A stretch of 64,000 bases of DNA from Candidatus Aminicenantales bacterium (GTDB lineage: Bacteria; Acidobacteriota; Aminicenantia; Aminicenantales; Aminicenantaceae): positions 13,124-77,123 of the forward strand of contig JBHIDX010000001.1 of assembly GCA_046760305.1 (NCBI GenBank), read 5' to 3'. Position 1 is the first letter of the stretch; the number at the start of each line of letters is the position of its first letter. Shown here piece after piece: positions 1-8,997 of the stretch. The position numbers and the translations under genes are program-made. The notes beneath the pieces are model-generated. The model ran no database searches and was not told the DNA's origin. It worked only from the letters and a program-made list of their open reading frames with translations.

Positions 1-907
1 GTTTGAGGCTTGGGGGAGGGTTTTTAAGAGTAATGACCACCTTGAAATCTCTGGATTCCTGGGCTGCGGTCAACTGCTGGAGGGCAGAACTGCCGATCTC
101 AGTCACCACTCCCTGGATGACCTGACCTGGAAGCGCATCGACCCTCACCTCAGCCCTCTGGCCTGCTCTGGCCCCAATCACATCCGTCTCGTCGACTTCA
201 ACCTCAGCCTCCATGACAGAGAGATCAGCAATGGTCATGAGCACCGTTCCAGGATTATTCATGGTACCGATGATGGCAGTCTCCCCTTCCTCGACATTGA
301 GGCTGGTGATTATGCCCTCAATGGGAGAAGTGTAAACCGTTTTGCTCAGCAGGTCGAGAGTGCTCTGGAGAGAGGCTGTTGCCTGGTCAATCTGAGACTG
401 GATAGCCTGGTACTGGGCTTCTGAGATTTCATATTGGGCCTTGGCCGCTTCCAGCTGCTCCCTTGAGATGAGCTCTTCCTGGTACAGCTTTTCCTGTCTC
501 TGGTAGTAATTTTTATCCTTTTTCAGGTTGGCCTCAGCCTGGATGAGCTGAGCTTTATAGGTGCTGATAAGGGCTCTGTCTCTGGCTGCATTTGCCTCGT
601 ACTGGGTTGAATCCAGCTTGAGGAGAAAGTCCCCAGCACGAACTCGCTGTCCCTCCTCAACGCCGATTTTAACAATCCTTCCTGAGACATGAGCGCTTAT
701 GTTGACGCTTTTCTTGGGCTTTATCTCACCCGAGGCAGAAATGATAGATGTCAGGTCATGTCTTTCAACCTTCTCTACTGTGACTTTAATCGCTTTTTCT
801 CTCTGGGAAAGGAGGTTGAAGAAAATGATAACAGCCAGGACGAGGATAATAGAAACAACGATGATCGTTTTTTTTCTTCTCTTGAAAAACCCTTTTTTCT
901 CACTCAT
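1..907 (-). CDS. efflux transporter periplasmic adaptor subunit, HlyD/MacA family (C-terminal part lies beyond the window edge)
   Basis: Absent from the ORF track because it runs off the window. My minus-strand translation from the ATG at 907..905 gives MSEKKGFFKRRKKTIIVVSIILVLAVIIFF (membrane anchor). It continues with SGRIVKIGVEEGQRVRAGDFLLKLD (lipoyl-like hairpin), a long coiled coil (QAEANLKKDKNYYQRQEKLYQEELISREQLEAAKAQYE) and TSPIEGIITSLNVEEGE. The frame stays open to position 1. Confidence 0.85.
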   Translation of the reverse strand, partial: MSEKKGFFKRRKKTIIVVSIILVLAVIIFFNLLSQREKAIKVTVEKVERHDLTSIISASGEIKPKKSVNISAHVSGRIVKIGVEEGQRVRAGDFLLKLDSTQYEANAARDRALISTYKAQLIQAEANLKKDKNYYQRQEKLYQEELISREQLEAAKAQYEISEAQYQAIQSQIDQATASLQSTLDLLSKTVYTSPIEGIITSLNVEEGETAIIGTMNNPGTVLMTIADLSVMEAEVEVDETDVIGARAGQRAEVRVDALPGQVIQGVVTEIGSSALQQLTAAQESRDFKVVITLKNPPPSLK

Positions 908-999
908 TTTTTCGCCTTTTCCATCAGTATTAGTAATTCATATTATTATACTACCAACTACGTGAGAAAAAATAAAAAGTTTGTAAAACCTGACCCCAC

Positions 1000-1028
1000 T
1001 TGACTTTTGATAGAGTTGAGTTTAAGTT
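1000..1028 (+). promoter_or_regulatory. candidate sigma70-type promoter for accBC
   Basis: TTGACT (1000-1005), 17 nt spacer, TAAGTT (1023-1028). An alternative is TTGAGT (1016-1021), 18 nt, TATAGT (1040-1045). Both lie upstream of the accB ATG at 1085. Confidence 0.35.
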
Positions 1029-1084
1029 AATACTAATTTTATAGTTAAAATGTAGAAAAACCCGAGAGTAATGATTCAAAGACA

Positions 1085-1564
1085 ATGGCTAAACAAACAT
1101 CGGGCTCGAAAATAAATTACAGAGAAATAAAAAAGATTATCGACCTTATGGAGGAGAGAAACCTCTCTCAATTTGAGCTTGAGGTCGAGGGGCTTAAAAT
1201 ACACATCAGCCGAAACATCTCCTCTCCTCCCGCTCCGCAGCCAGCCAGCATCACTCAGTCTCTACCTGAAACGCCGCCAGGAGAGCCTTCTCAGGAAATA
1301 AAAGAGGAGAAAAAGGACAATCTCCATTACATTACCTCTCCTATGGTGGGAACTTTCTACCGTGCTCCTGACCCTTCCTCACCTCCTTTTGTCGAAGAGG
1401 GAGACGAGGTGGAGAAGAACCAGGTGTTGTGTATCATCGAAGCCATGAAACTCATGAACGAGATTGAGTCCGATGTCGATGGTGTAATCAAGGAGATATT
1501 TGTTGAAAACGGAAAACCAATCGAGTACGGACAGAAGCTGATGAGCATCCAGCCTCTTAACTGA
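1085..1564 (+). CDS. accB: acetyl-CoA carboxylase biotin carboxyl carrier protein
   Basis: Pro/Ala-rich linker followed by a biotinyl domain with the EAMKLMNEIE biotinylation motif. Sits immediately upstream of accC. Confidence 0.95.
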   Translation: MAKQTSGSKINYREIKKIIDLMEERNLSQFELEVEGLKIHISRNISSPPAPQPASITQSLPETPPGEPSQEIKEEKKDNLHYITSPMVGTFYRAPDPSSPPFVEEGDEVEKNQVLCIIEAMKLMNEIESDVDGVIKEIFVENGKPIEYGQKLMSIQPLN

Positions 1565-1569
1565 CTTTC

Positions 1570-2928
1570 ATGTTTTCCAAAATTCTGATTGCAAACCGCG
1601 GCGAGATTGCACTCCGCATCATGCGCACTGCCCGGCAGCTTGGGCTGAAGACAGTGGCCGTCTATTCCGAGCCTGACAGAAATTCCCTCCATACCATGTT
1701 TGCCGATGAAAAGATATGCATCGGCCCTGGCCGGGCTTCTGAGAGCTACCTCAGCATCCCCAGTATCATAAGTGCAGCTGAGATAACCAAGGCAGATGCC
1801 ATCCATCCGGGCTATGGATTCCTGGCCGAAAACCCGCGTTTCCCTGAAATCTGCGAGACGCAGGGCATTACTTTTATCGGCCCCTCAGCTCAAACGATGA
1901 GACTTCTGGGAGATAAAAACCGAGCCCGTCAGGTGATGAAAGAATCCCGAGTGCCGATTATCCCTGGGAGCGAGACTGTAGTCGAGGACATTTCTGAGGC
2001 GAAGAAGATAGCTCAGAAAATCGGGCTTCCGGTTATACTCAAGGCAGCAGCTGGCGGTGGTGGTAAAGGCATGCGCATCGCCCGCTCTATGGCTCAGCTT
2101 GAAGAACAATTTCCCCTTGCCCAGAATGAGGCTCAAGCTGCTTTTGGTTCCCCAGCACTTTATGTGGAGAAATACATCCAGGGAGCTCGCCACATAGAAA
2201 TTCAAGTCATGGGAGATAAAAAAGGCAATATCATTGCCCTGGGTGAAAGGGAGTGTTCAATCCAGAGGAAATACCAGAAGCTAATCGAGGAGACGCCCTC
2301 TCCTTTTATCGATGAAAAGCTGCGGCGGAGACTTATGAGGACAGTCGAGGAAGCAGCCGAGCATATTGAATACCAGAGTCTGGGAACATTCGAGTTTCTC
2401 GTCGATGAGAAGAAAAGATTCTATTTTATCGAAGCCAATACCAGAGTTCAGGTTGAACATCCGATAACAGAGATGATTTACGGCATAGATTTAATCAAGG
2501 AACAGATAAGGATAGCAGGAGGAGAAAAGCTTTCTCTTTCCCCTGAAATTAAAAGGAGAGGGGCGAGCATAGAGTGCCGGATAAACGCTGAAGATGCTGA
2601 GAGTTTCATCCCTTCTCCAGGTAAGATCGATTTCCTGGTCCTACCCGGGGGTGAGGGGATTCGAGTGGACACTGCTGCCTACTCAGGCTGGACAATTCCT
2701 CCTGATTATGATTCCCTGCTGGCAAAGATTATTGCCTGGGCTCCTTCTAGAGAAGAGGCAATAAAGAAGATGGTGGCCGCCCTGGAAATGACCACTGTTG
2801 TCGGAGTCAGAACGAACATACCTCTCCATCTGGAGATTCTTTCCCATACTCGGTTTCTCAAAGGAGATTATGACATTCAGTTCATGCAGAAATTTCTTGC
2901 TCAAACAAAAAAAGGCGAAGGTCTTTAA
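1570..2928 (+). CDS. accC: acetyl-CoA carboxylase biotin carboxylase subunit
   Basis: N-terminus KILIANRGEIALRI, ATP-grasp glycine loop AAAGGGGKGMRIA, EANTRVQVEHPITE. Typical length of 452 aa. Confidence 0.97.
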   Translation: MFSKILIANRGEIALRIMRTARQLGLKTVAVYSEPDRNSLHTMFADEKICIGPGRASESYLSIPSIISAAEITKADAIHPGYGFLAENPRFPEICETQGITFIGPSAQTMRLLGDKNRARQVMKESRVPIIPGSETVVEDISEAKKIAQKIGLPVILKAAAGGGGKGMRIARSMAQLEEQFPLAQNEAQAAFGSPALYVEKYIQGARHIEIQVMGDKKGNIIALGERECSIQRKYQKLIEETPSPFIDEKLRRRLMRTVEEAAEHIEYQSLGTFEFLVDEKKRFYFIEANTRVQVEHPITEMIYGIDLIKEQIRIAGGEKLSLSPEIKRRGASIECRINAEDAESFIPSPGKIDFLVLPGGEGIRVDTAAYSGWTIPPDYDSLLAKIIAWAPSREEAIKKMVAALEMTTVVGVRTNIPLHLEILSHTRFLKGDYDIQFMQKFLAQTKKGEGL

Positions 2929-2941
2929 ATTGAGTAGAGGC

Positions 2942-4306
2942 TCATGGGCGGTTCTTTTTTGAGAGGAGAATTTTTACCACAAACTCGCCTTCATTATCCC
3001 CGACCACATTCTCATTTATTCCCAGATAGAGGCGGCCGCTGATGGGCATGACAACCTTGCTTTGCGAACCAATATAAAATTTCTCCACTATCTCGTTCCT
3101 GATTTCCTCGCCTGTCTCCTCGTCGACTTCGATCGAGATAAGATAGACAACCTTGCCGATGAGTGCTCCTATGTTTCTCTCAGGGAGAGGCTGCTGGAGG
3201 GTGCGGCGGTTATAGCCATCGGGTCCGCACTCTGCCAGCGGGTTTCCCACCTGGAGTGAGATGCCCCCGCTTGCCTGGAAACTGATTTCTTGACCTTCGA
3301 CAACGTTAAGTCCAGAGTCAGTCCAGTCCACGTTGCCGGGAACCTTTACCCTGTGGAACATGACATAGTCAGGGAGTGATATTTCCTCGTCAACAAGGAT
3401 GGGAGGCAGAGCAAGCCTCTCCAGTTCTTTTTTTAGCTGTGAGTACTCAGGGCTATCTTCAGAGACAAACGGAGAAGGCAGTTCAGCCAGGGAAAGCCGG
3501 GCTTCTTTTTTTCTTCTCTCTGACCAGGGATTGCGCTTGAGCCAGAGAAAGGAGGGCTTGTTCCTTTCTTCCTCCCATAGACGGTTGAGGAGGTCAACAT
3601 AGTTCTGGGGAGTGAAGCCCGCATCAAAAAGAGTGATGAGAGCAATCTTGTCAGCCTGGATGATTTCTTCGGCATAGTAGACAAGATTAGAAAAATAATT
3701 CAGCACCTGTTTTCTATCCTTAAAAATTCTGTAAATGCTCTGCAGCCCTGTTTCTCCTGAAATCATCTCCCCGGGGGATATTTCACCTTTTTTAAGAATT
3801 TCCTGGGAGAGGTGGGCGTGAAGATTCCTGGCCATGAGATGGGCTATCTCGTAAGCCAGGATGCCGGCAAGTTCTGACTCGTTCTCTGTCGCTTCAACCA
3901 GGTTGCAGGAGACATAAACCTTGCCTCCGAGGAGAGAAAAGGCATTAGCGTAGACTGAGTCGTAAAGCTTGAAAGACCACTCATATCCTTCAGCATAGGC
4001 TCGAAAACGGCTGGCAGAGATAAGGCGTTGACCCAGCCTGTTTAGATAATCTGTGAGCTCAGCCTTCTTGATTAACTCTGTCTCCTTTTCGATATCTGAA
4101 GAGAGTTTCTGACTGAAGTAGGCTTCGTCCTTCTTTTCTATAAGGTCAAATTCCCTCTGGGGAACTGCTCCTCTTTTCTCCAGAACAGGCTTCTCCAACG
4201 GTCTACAGCCAGAGATGAGAATCAGGGCCACTGCTAGTGAGAAAGTGCCGAGAATAAAATATCCGCATCTAATTTTTTTCTGCGTTTTTTCCCTTCTTTT
4301 TTTCAT
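2942..4306 (-). CDS. M48-family (BepA/YfgC-like) lipoprotein with a degenerate YExxH zinc motif and a C-terminal PA-IL/LecA-like domain
   Basis: Signal peptide plus lipobox (LILISGC). The M48 core reads GILAYEIAHLMARN where HExxH is expected, with EEIIQADKIALITLFDAGFTP downstream (the E..AD..G segment). The C-terminal ~120 aa (GQEISFQASGG...CGPDGY...IGALIGKV...GRLYLGINENVVGDNEGEFVVKI) resembles the PA-IL lectin fold pattern. Confidence 0.7.
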   Translation of the reverse strand: MKKRREKTQKKIRCGYFILGTFSLAVALILISGCRPLEKPVLEKRGAVPQREFDLIEKKDEAYFSQKLSSDIEKETELIKKAELTDYLNRLGQRLISASRFRAYAEGYEWSFKLYDSVYANAFSLLGGKVYVSCNLVEATENESELAGILAYEIAHLMARNLHAHLSQEILKKGEISPGEMISGETGLQSIYRIFKDRKQVLNYFSNLVYYAEEIIQADKIALITLFDAGFTPQNYVDLLNRLWEEERNKPSFLWLKRNPWSERRKKEARLSLAELPSPFVSEDSPEYSQLKKELERLALPPILVDEEISLPDYVMFHRVKVPGNVDWTDSGLNVVEGQEISFQASGGISLQVGNPLAECGPDGYNRRTLQQPLPERNIGALIGKVVYLISIEVDEETGEEIRNEIVEKFYIGSQSKVVMPISGRLYLGINENVVGDNEGEFVVKILLSKKNRP

Positions 4307-4363
4307 CTTTACTACCTGTTTCCCTTCTCCTTTTTTCCGATCTCAAACCTCAGAATTTTGTTT

Positions 4364-5149
4364 TCACTCCTCATTCTTTCCCAGGCTGAGGACATCCACC
4401 ATCTGCTGATGAATCAATCCGTTCGAGGCCAGAGTCTGGGGAGAATAAATGCTGAACTCATTGTTGTTGAAGTCTGACATCCTTCCCCCAGCTTCCTTGA
4501 CCATCAGGGAGCCTGCAGCCACATCCCAGGGTTTGAGTTTGAGCTCCCAGAAACCATCAAACCTGCCGCAGGCTACATAGCAGAGGTCCATGGCTGCTGA
4601 ACCACAGCGGCGGATTGCCTGGACTGTAGTGACAAAATTGGAAAAATTATCGATGTTATTCACCTCGCTCTCCCTGACATCGTAGGGAAATCCAGTGGCC
4701 ACTATGCTTTTGTCAAGCTCTCTGGTGGAGGAGACCTTTATCCTTTCGCCATTGAGGTGGGCGCCTTTTCCCTCAAGTGCCCAGAACATCTCCTTTCTCA
4801 TCGGGTCATAGACAACGCCGAGCATAATTCGATCTTTTATCTCAAGAGCAATCGAGACTGTAAAAACCGGAAATTTATGAGCAAAGTTGGTGGTGCCGTC
4901 AAGAGGGTCGACAAGCCAGCAGCATTCCTTCCTTTTTTCTTCGCTCCTTCCTTCCTCGGCTAGAATATCATGGTCAGGAAAATGTGAGCTGAGATAGTCC
5001 AGGATCAACTCCTGTGATTCTGTGTCAGATCGGGTGACAAGGTCAACAGCTCCTTTGAAGTAAACCTCGTTTTCACGATCAATTTGGCTTCTGAGAAGCT
5101 CTCCTGCCTGCCACGCTGCTTCTCGGGCAACATCCAGGTAATCCTTCAT
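4364..5149 (-). CDS. suhB: inositol monophosphatase family protein (SuhB-like)
   Basis: WLVDPLDGTTNF metal-binding motif and the WDVAAG motif. I prefer the ATG at 5149 (MKDYLDVAREAAW, GGGGA 5 nt upstream) over the longest ORF start at 5188. Confidence 0.85.
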   Translation of the reverse strand: MKDYLDVAREAAWQAGELLRSQIDRENEVYFKGAVDLVTRSDTESQELILDYLSSHFPDHDILAEEGRSEEKRKECCWLVDPLDGTTNFAHKFPVFTVSIALEIKDRIMLGVVYDPMRKEMFWALEGKGAHLNGERIKVSSTRELDKSIVATGFPYDVRESEVNNIDNFSNFVTTVQAIRRCGSAAMDLCYVACGRFDGFWELKLKPWDVAAGSLMVKEAGGRMSDFNNNEFSIYSPQTLASNGLIHQQMVDVLSLGKNEE

Positions 5150-5222
5150 CGTATCCCCAATATTAACAACTCTTCGAGCTTCAGGCAACCCGGCGAATCA
5201 TAAAAAAACTGGTAAAAAAAGT

Positions 5223-5449
5223 GGGACATGATACCTATTTCCTATCTTTTCTTTTAAGAATTCCCGAAAACCATCTGCATCTAATCGCAGTCAACTTCTC
5301 CTCCAACAAGAAAGATGCGGCCAGCCTCTTAGAAGTGAGCATATGCTGCGGAAAATCGAGCATATCACCGGGCGGCCGATGGTCAAAGGAAAACCTGGGA
5401 GACCGAGAAACGAAACCGCGGAGAAAAATAGGAAATAGGATCATGTCCC
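5223..5449. ncRNA. long inverted-repeat element: candidate rod-shaped structured RNA (6S-like is possible, class unassigned) or a MITE-like repeat
   Basis: GGGACATGATACCTATTTCCTAT (5223-5245) pairs with ATAGGAAATAGGATCATGTCCC (5428-5449), giving 22 bp with one bulged A. The helix extends by TTTTCTT/AGAGAAAA. It encloses ~170 nt containing further helices (ACCATC/GATGGT, ACTTCT/AGAAGT, ATATGCT/AGCATAT). The element sits between divergent suhB and ffh. The two ORFs predicted here are low-complexity and lie inside the repeat. Confidence 0.3.
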
Positions 5450-5471
5450 CATTTTATCCCACCCGCCCCAA

Positions 5472-5500
5472 TTGACTCGAGCCAGGATTTAAAATACCAT
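5472..5500 (+). promoter_or_regulatory. candidate sigma70-type promoter for ffh
   Basis: TTGACT (5472-5477), 17 nt spacer, TACCAT (5495-5500). GGAG Shine-Dalgarno site lies upstream of the ATG at 5531. Confidence 0.35.
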
Positions 5501-5530
5501 TTAGAAAGGAGTTATTTTCTAGAGGAAGAA

Positions 5531-6835
5531 ATGCTGGAACAGCTTTCAAACCGCCTTCAGGAAGTGATGAAATTTCTCCGGGGTGAGGGGAAGATTACGG
5601 AGAAAAACATGTCTGAGGCCTTGAGGATGATACGCCTCGCTTTTCTCGAAGCAGATGTAAATTACAAGGTGGTTAAGATTTTTATCGAACGAATTAAGAA
5701 AAAAGCCCTGGATGAGAGAGTTCTCTCCAGCCTCACTCCTGCCCAGCATGTGATCAAAATTGTCAGAGATGAGCTTACCTCTATTCTCGGGCATGAGGCA
5801 AAGGAGTTGAATTTCCGAAGTCCTCCGCCTAATATCTTCATGCTCGTTGGACTCCAGGGCTGTGGGAAAACAACCACCTGCGGCAAGCTGGCAAGATGGT
5901 TGAGTAAGCTCGATAAAAATCCTCTCCTCGTTTCCTTTGATTTAAAGAGACCGGCAGCCCAGGAGCAGCTTAAGATGATTTCAGACATGCTCGGCCTTCC
6001 TTTCTACGAGATGCCTGAGAGGCTCGAGAAATCACCCACTAGGGAACTTGAGGCCTTGGTAGATTATGCCCGCCGCCGCGGCCATGACCCGGTGATTGTT
6101 GATACAGCCGGAAGGCTTCACATCGATGAGGAATTGATGGAAGAGCTACGAATGGTGAAAGAAAAGCTCCATCCAACAGAGGTTATCTACGTGGGAGATG
6201 CACTTACAGGGCAGGATGCGGTGAGGAGCGCCGGCCTCTTCGATGAGAAAATCGGTCTAACATCTGTCATCCTTACCAAACTCGACGGCGATGCAAGGGG
6301 AGGTGCTGCCCTATCCATCGTTTCTGTCACCGGAAAGCCGATAGTCTTTGTCGGTCTGGGGGAAAAATTCGACAAGCTGGAGGTCTTCCATCCCCAGAGA
6401 ATGGCCTCGCGGATAATGGGTATGGGAGATATTCTGAGTTTGATCGAGAAGGCCGAGGAAGAGGCAAAGCGACTCCAGCGCCAGGAGTTTACACTCGAAG
6501 ATTTCAGAAAACAGCTGACCCAGATAAAAAAGATGGGCTCGCTTTCCCAGCTTCTGGGCATGCTTCCCTCTTGGGGTGCTTTTAAAAATATCTCCAGCGT
6601 CCAGGTGGACGATAGAAAGCTCATCCATTATGAAGCCATCATCAATTCCATGACTCCCGCTGAGAGGGAGAACCCGAAGATAATCGGCGGCAGCCGCCGG
6701 GCTAGAATTGCCAGGGGCAGCGGTAGACCGGTTACAGAGGTAAATCAGCTCCTCAAACAGTTTTTTGAGATGAAAAAAATGATGAGGAAATCCCAGTTTC
6801 AGAAGCTCTTCTCTTCTTTGGGAATCAAGCCCTGA
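5531..6835 (+). CDS. ffh: signal recognition particle protein Ffh
   Basis: GTPase motifs GLQGCGKTTTCGKLA, VDTAGRLH and TKLDGDARGGAALS, followed by a Met-rich M domain (MGSLSQLLGMLP...MKKMMRK). Confidence 0.97.
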   Translation: MLEQLSNRLQEVMKFLRGEGKITEKNMSEALRMIRLAFLEADVNYKVVKIFIERIKKKALDERVLSSLTPAQHVIKIVRDELTSILGHEAKELNFRSPPPNIFMLVGLQGCGKTTTCGKLARWLSKLDKNPLLVSFDLKRPAAQEQLKMISDMLGLPFYEMPERLEKSPTRELEALVDYARRRGHDPVIVDTAGRLHIDEELMEELRMVKEKLHPTEVIYVGDALTGQDAVRSAGLFDEKIGLTSVILTKLDGDARGGAALSIVSVTGKPIVFVGLGEKFDKLEVFHPQRMASRIMGMGDILSLIEKAEEEAKRLQRQEFTLEDFRKQLTQIKKMGSLSQLLGMLPSWGAFKNISSVQVDDRKLIHYEAIINSMTPAERENPKIIGGSRRARIARGSGRPVTEVNQLLKQFFEMKKMMRKSQFQKLFSSLGIKP

Positions 6836-6844
6836 TTTTATCAG

Positions 6845-6873
6845 TTGACTTCCATCCTGAATTTAGCTATCAT
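6845..6873 (+). promoter_or_regulatory. candidate sigma70-type promoter for the rpsP-rimM-trmD-rplS operon
   Basis: TTGACT (6845-6850), 17 nt spacer, TATCAT (6868-6873), 34 nt upstream of the rpsP ATG. Confidence 0.45.
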
Positions 6874-6906
6874 TTTGACTCCTTTTGAGTTAAGAGAGAA
6901 AAAAAG

Positions 6907-7161
6907 ATGGTTTCGATACGCTTGATGAGAATCGGTGGCAAGAAGAAGCCCTTCTACCGGGTTATAGCTGTTGACTCACGAAAACCGAGAGAGAGCAAGG
7001 CAAAGGATATTCTCGGCTACTACAACCCACTCACAGAACCCCCTGAGATTAAAATAGATACTGAAAAAGTTAAATTCTGGCTGGAAAGAGGAGCTAAGAC
7101 TTCAAAAACAGTTCAATCTCTTCTAGACAAGGTTTCCATGTCAGAGAAACATACCCATTAA
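6907..7161 (+). CDS. rpsP: 30S ribosomal protein S16
   Basis: [25 protein letters not shown] is a typical S16 N-terminus. Conserved ffh-rpsP synteny. Confidence 0.97.
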   Translation: MVSIRLMRIGGKKKPFYRVIAVDSRKPRESKAKDILGYYNPLTEPPEIKIDTEKVKFWLERGAKTSKTVQSLLDKVSMSEKHTH

Positions 7162-7187
7162 CATTCTTTTACTTTAAGGAGGTTACA

Positions 7188-7424
7188 GTGAGAGAACTAG
7201 TTGAGATGATTGCCAAATCATTAGTGGACAATCCGGAAAAAGTTCAGGTTTCCCAGCTGGAAGGGGAACAGACAACGATCTTAGAACTCAAGGTCGCTCC
7301 GGAGGATTTGGGAAAAGTAATCGGAAAGCAAGGAAGAACTGCTCGCGCTATCAGAGTGATTCTTGGTGCTGCTGGTATGAAGATGAAGAGAAGATTCAAT
7401 CTCGAGATAATCGAGAAAGCCTAG
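7188..7424 (+). CDS. KH domain-containing RNA-binding protein (YlqC/UPF0109 family)
   Basis: [18 protein letters not shown] contains the GxxG KH motif. Sits in the conserved position between rpsP and rimM. GTG start. Confidence 0.88.
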   Translation: MRELVEMIAKSLVDNPEKVQVSQLEGEQTTILELKVAPEDLGKVIGKQGRTARAIRVILGAAGMKMKRRFNLEIIEKA

Positions 7425-7931
7425 TTGATCACTCTTGGAAGGATAGCAGGTAGCCAGGGGAAAAGAGGAGAGCTAAGACTAAAGTTCTATTCAGACCCTC
7501 CAAGCAAGCTTTTTTTCCAGAAAGTATACCTCCAGAGAGAAGGGGTTTCTGAAGAGTATGAAGTAGAATTCATCCGTCCGTATAAAGACTATTTCATATT
7601 AAAGCTAAAGGCTGTTGATACTATCTTTCAAGCTCGTGAGCTGAAGGGGGCTGAGCTTGCCGTGCCCGAGGAGTGGCTCAAGCCTTTAGCCAGTGGTGAT
7701 TTTTACCTCTTTCAGCTTATCGGAAGTTCGGTCTATACTAAAGAGAAGAAGAGGGTGGGGGAAGTTGTGGATCTTATTTTTATCGAGAACAATGACCTTC
7801 TCGTGGTCAAGGAAGGAGAAAGGGAGGTGCTCATTCCTTTCACCGCCTCGATTTGCATTCGGGTAGACACAGTCCTGAAAGAGATTACGGTTGACCCACC
7901 TGAAGGACTTTTAGAGTTGAATGAGATTTGA
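7425..7931 (+). CDS. rimM: ribosome maturation factor RimM
   Basis: N-terminus LGRIAGSQGKRGELRLK (RimM beta-barrel) with a PRC-barrel-like C-terminus. TTG start. Synteny with trmD. Confidence 0.9.
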   Translation: MITLGRIAGSQGKRGELRLKFYSDPPSKLFFQKVYLQREGVSEEYEVEFIRPYKDYFILKLKAVDTIFQARELKGAELAVPEEWLKPLASGDFYLFQLIGSSVYTKEKKRVGEVVDLIFIENNDLLVVKEGEREVLIPFTASICIRVDTVLKEITVDPPEGLLELNEI

Positions 7932-8664
7932 TATAATCACTATACTACCTGAGGTCTTTAGAAGTGTCTTCTCAGGAGGAGTTTTAAGAAAAGCTCTGGA
8001 AAAGAAACTGATTGAGGTTAATATCCACAACCTGAGAGATTTCACACAAGATAAACACAAACAGGTAGATGACAGACCCTTCGGGGGAGGTCAGGGAATG
8101 GTGCTCAAGCCGGAGCCGATTTTCAAGGCAGTTGAATGCACAAAGCAGTCAGAAGAGGCGGGTGTTTACCTCCTTTCCCCCCAGGGAAAGAGGTTTGACC
8201 ATTCGCTTGCCCGCCAGCTTGCCAGCCTTCCCCAGCTCATCCTCATCTGCGGACGCTATGAAGGAGTTGACGAGAGAGTGATTGAAAACTTGATCACGGA
8301 TGAAATCTCTATTGGAGATTACATACTCACTGGAGGAGAGCCGGCAGCAGTTGTTGTTGTCGATGCTGTGGCTCGTTTTATTCCCGGAGTTGTCGGCAAA
8401 CCCGAATCAGTGAAATATGATTCTTTTTATGAGGGTCTTCTGGATTATCCTCAGTACACCAGGCCCCGGGAATTTAGGGGCATGAAAGTTCCCCAGGTAC
8501 TCTTTTCTGGAGACCATGAAAGAATTGCTCTCTGGAGGAGAAGGAAGGCACTGGAGAAAACATGGAAAAAGAGGCCAGGTCTGCTCAGAACTAGGGAAAT
8601 AAGCCCGGGGGATAAAAAGTTACTCGAAGAGATAAAGGAAGGAAAAGACAATGAGGCTGATTGA
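7921..8664 (+). CDS. trmD: tRNA (guanine37-N1)-methyltransferase TrmD
   Basis: [46 protein letters not shown]. Overlaps rimM by 11 nt. Confidence 0.97.
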   Translation: MRFDIITILPEVFRSVFSGGVLRKALEKKLIEVNIHNLRDFTQDKHKQVDDRPFGGGQGMVLKPEPIFKAVECTKQSEEAGVYLLSPQGKRFDHSLARQLASLPQLILICGRYEGVDERVIENLITDEISIGDYILTGGEPAAVVVVDAVARFIPGVVGKPESVKYDSFYEGLLDYPQYTRPREFRGMKVPQVLFSGDHERIALWRRRKALEKTWKKRPGLLRTREISPGDKKLLEEIKEGKDNEAD

Positions 8665-8995
8665 AACGGTTGAGACTAGCCAGCTCCGCCAGGATTTAGG
8701 CTCTTTCAACGTGGGCGACACAGTGAAAGTTCATGTTATAATCAGAGAAGGAGATAAGGAAAGAATCCAGGTTTTCAAAGGCGATGTGATTGCCAGGAGA
8801 GGCTCTGCCATGAGTGAGACTTTCACGGTCAGAAAAGTCTCCTTCGGCATCGGGGTTGAGAAGATTTTTCCTCTCCATTCAAAGATGATAAAAAAAATTG
8901 AGGTGGTCAGACGGGGTAAAGTGAGGCGAGCAAAGCTTTATTACCTCAGGAAGCTTAAAGGAAAAGCAGCCCGCCTGAAAGAATTAAAAACGTAA
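8651..8995 (+). CDS. rplS: 50S ribosomal protein L19
   Basis: [33 protein letters not shown] is the typical L19 core. Overlaps the trmD 3' end. Confidence 0.97.
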   Translation: MRLIETVETSQLRQDLGSFNVGDTVKVHVIIREGDKERIQVFKGDVIARRGSAMSETFTVRKVSFGIGVEKIFPLHSKMIKKIEVVRRGKVRRAKLYYLRKLKGKAARLKELKT

Positions 8996-8997
8996 GA

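Noticed and set aside
689-1003. Two overlapping plus-strand ORFs (104 and 88 aa) at the window start
   Set aside because: Both are antisense to the N-terminal part of the HlyD/MacA-type adaptor gene, which has clear family features. They are most likely artefacts.
5223-5449. Idea that the structured element next to ffh is SRP (4.5S) RNA, RNase P RNA or tmRNA
   Set aside because: I could not find the SRP domain IV core (GGAAGCAGCC-type), the RNase P P4 motif (GAGGAAAGUCC) or a tRNA-like T-arm/CCA end. I therefore assigned none of these classes.
5221-5475. 84-aa (+) and 69-aa (-) ORFs between suhB and ffh
   Set aside because: They lie entirely within the long inverted-repeat element and have no ribosome-binding sites. 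The region is better explained as structured RNA or a repeat.
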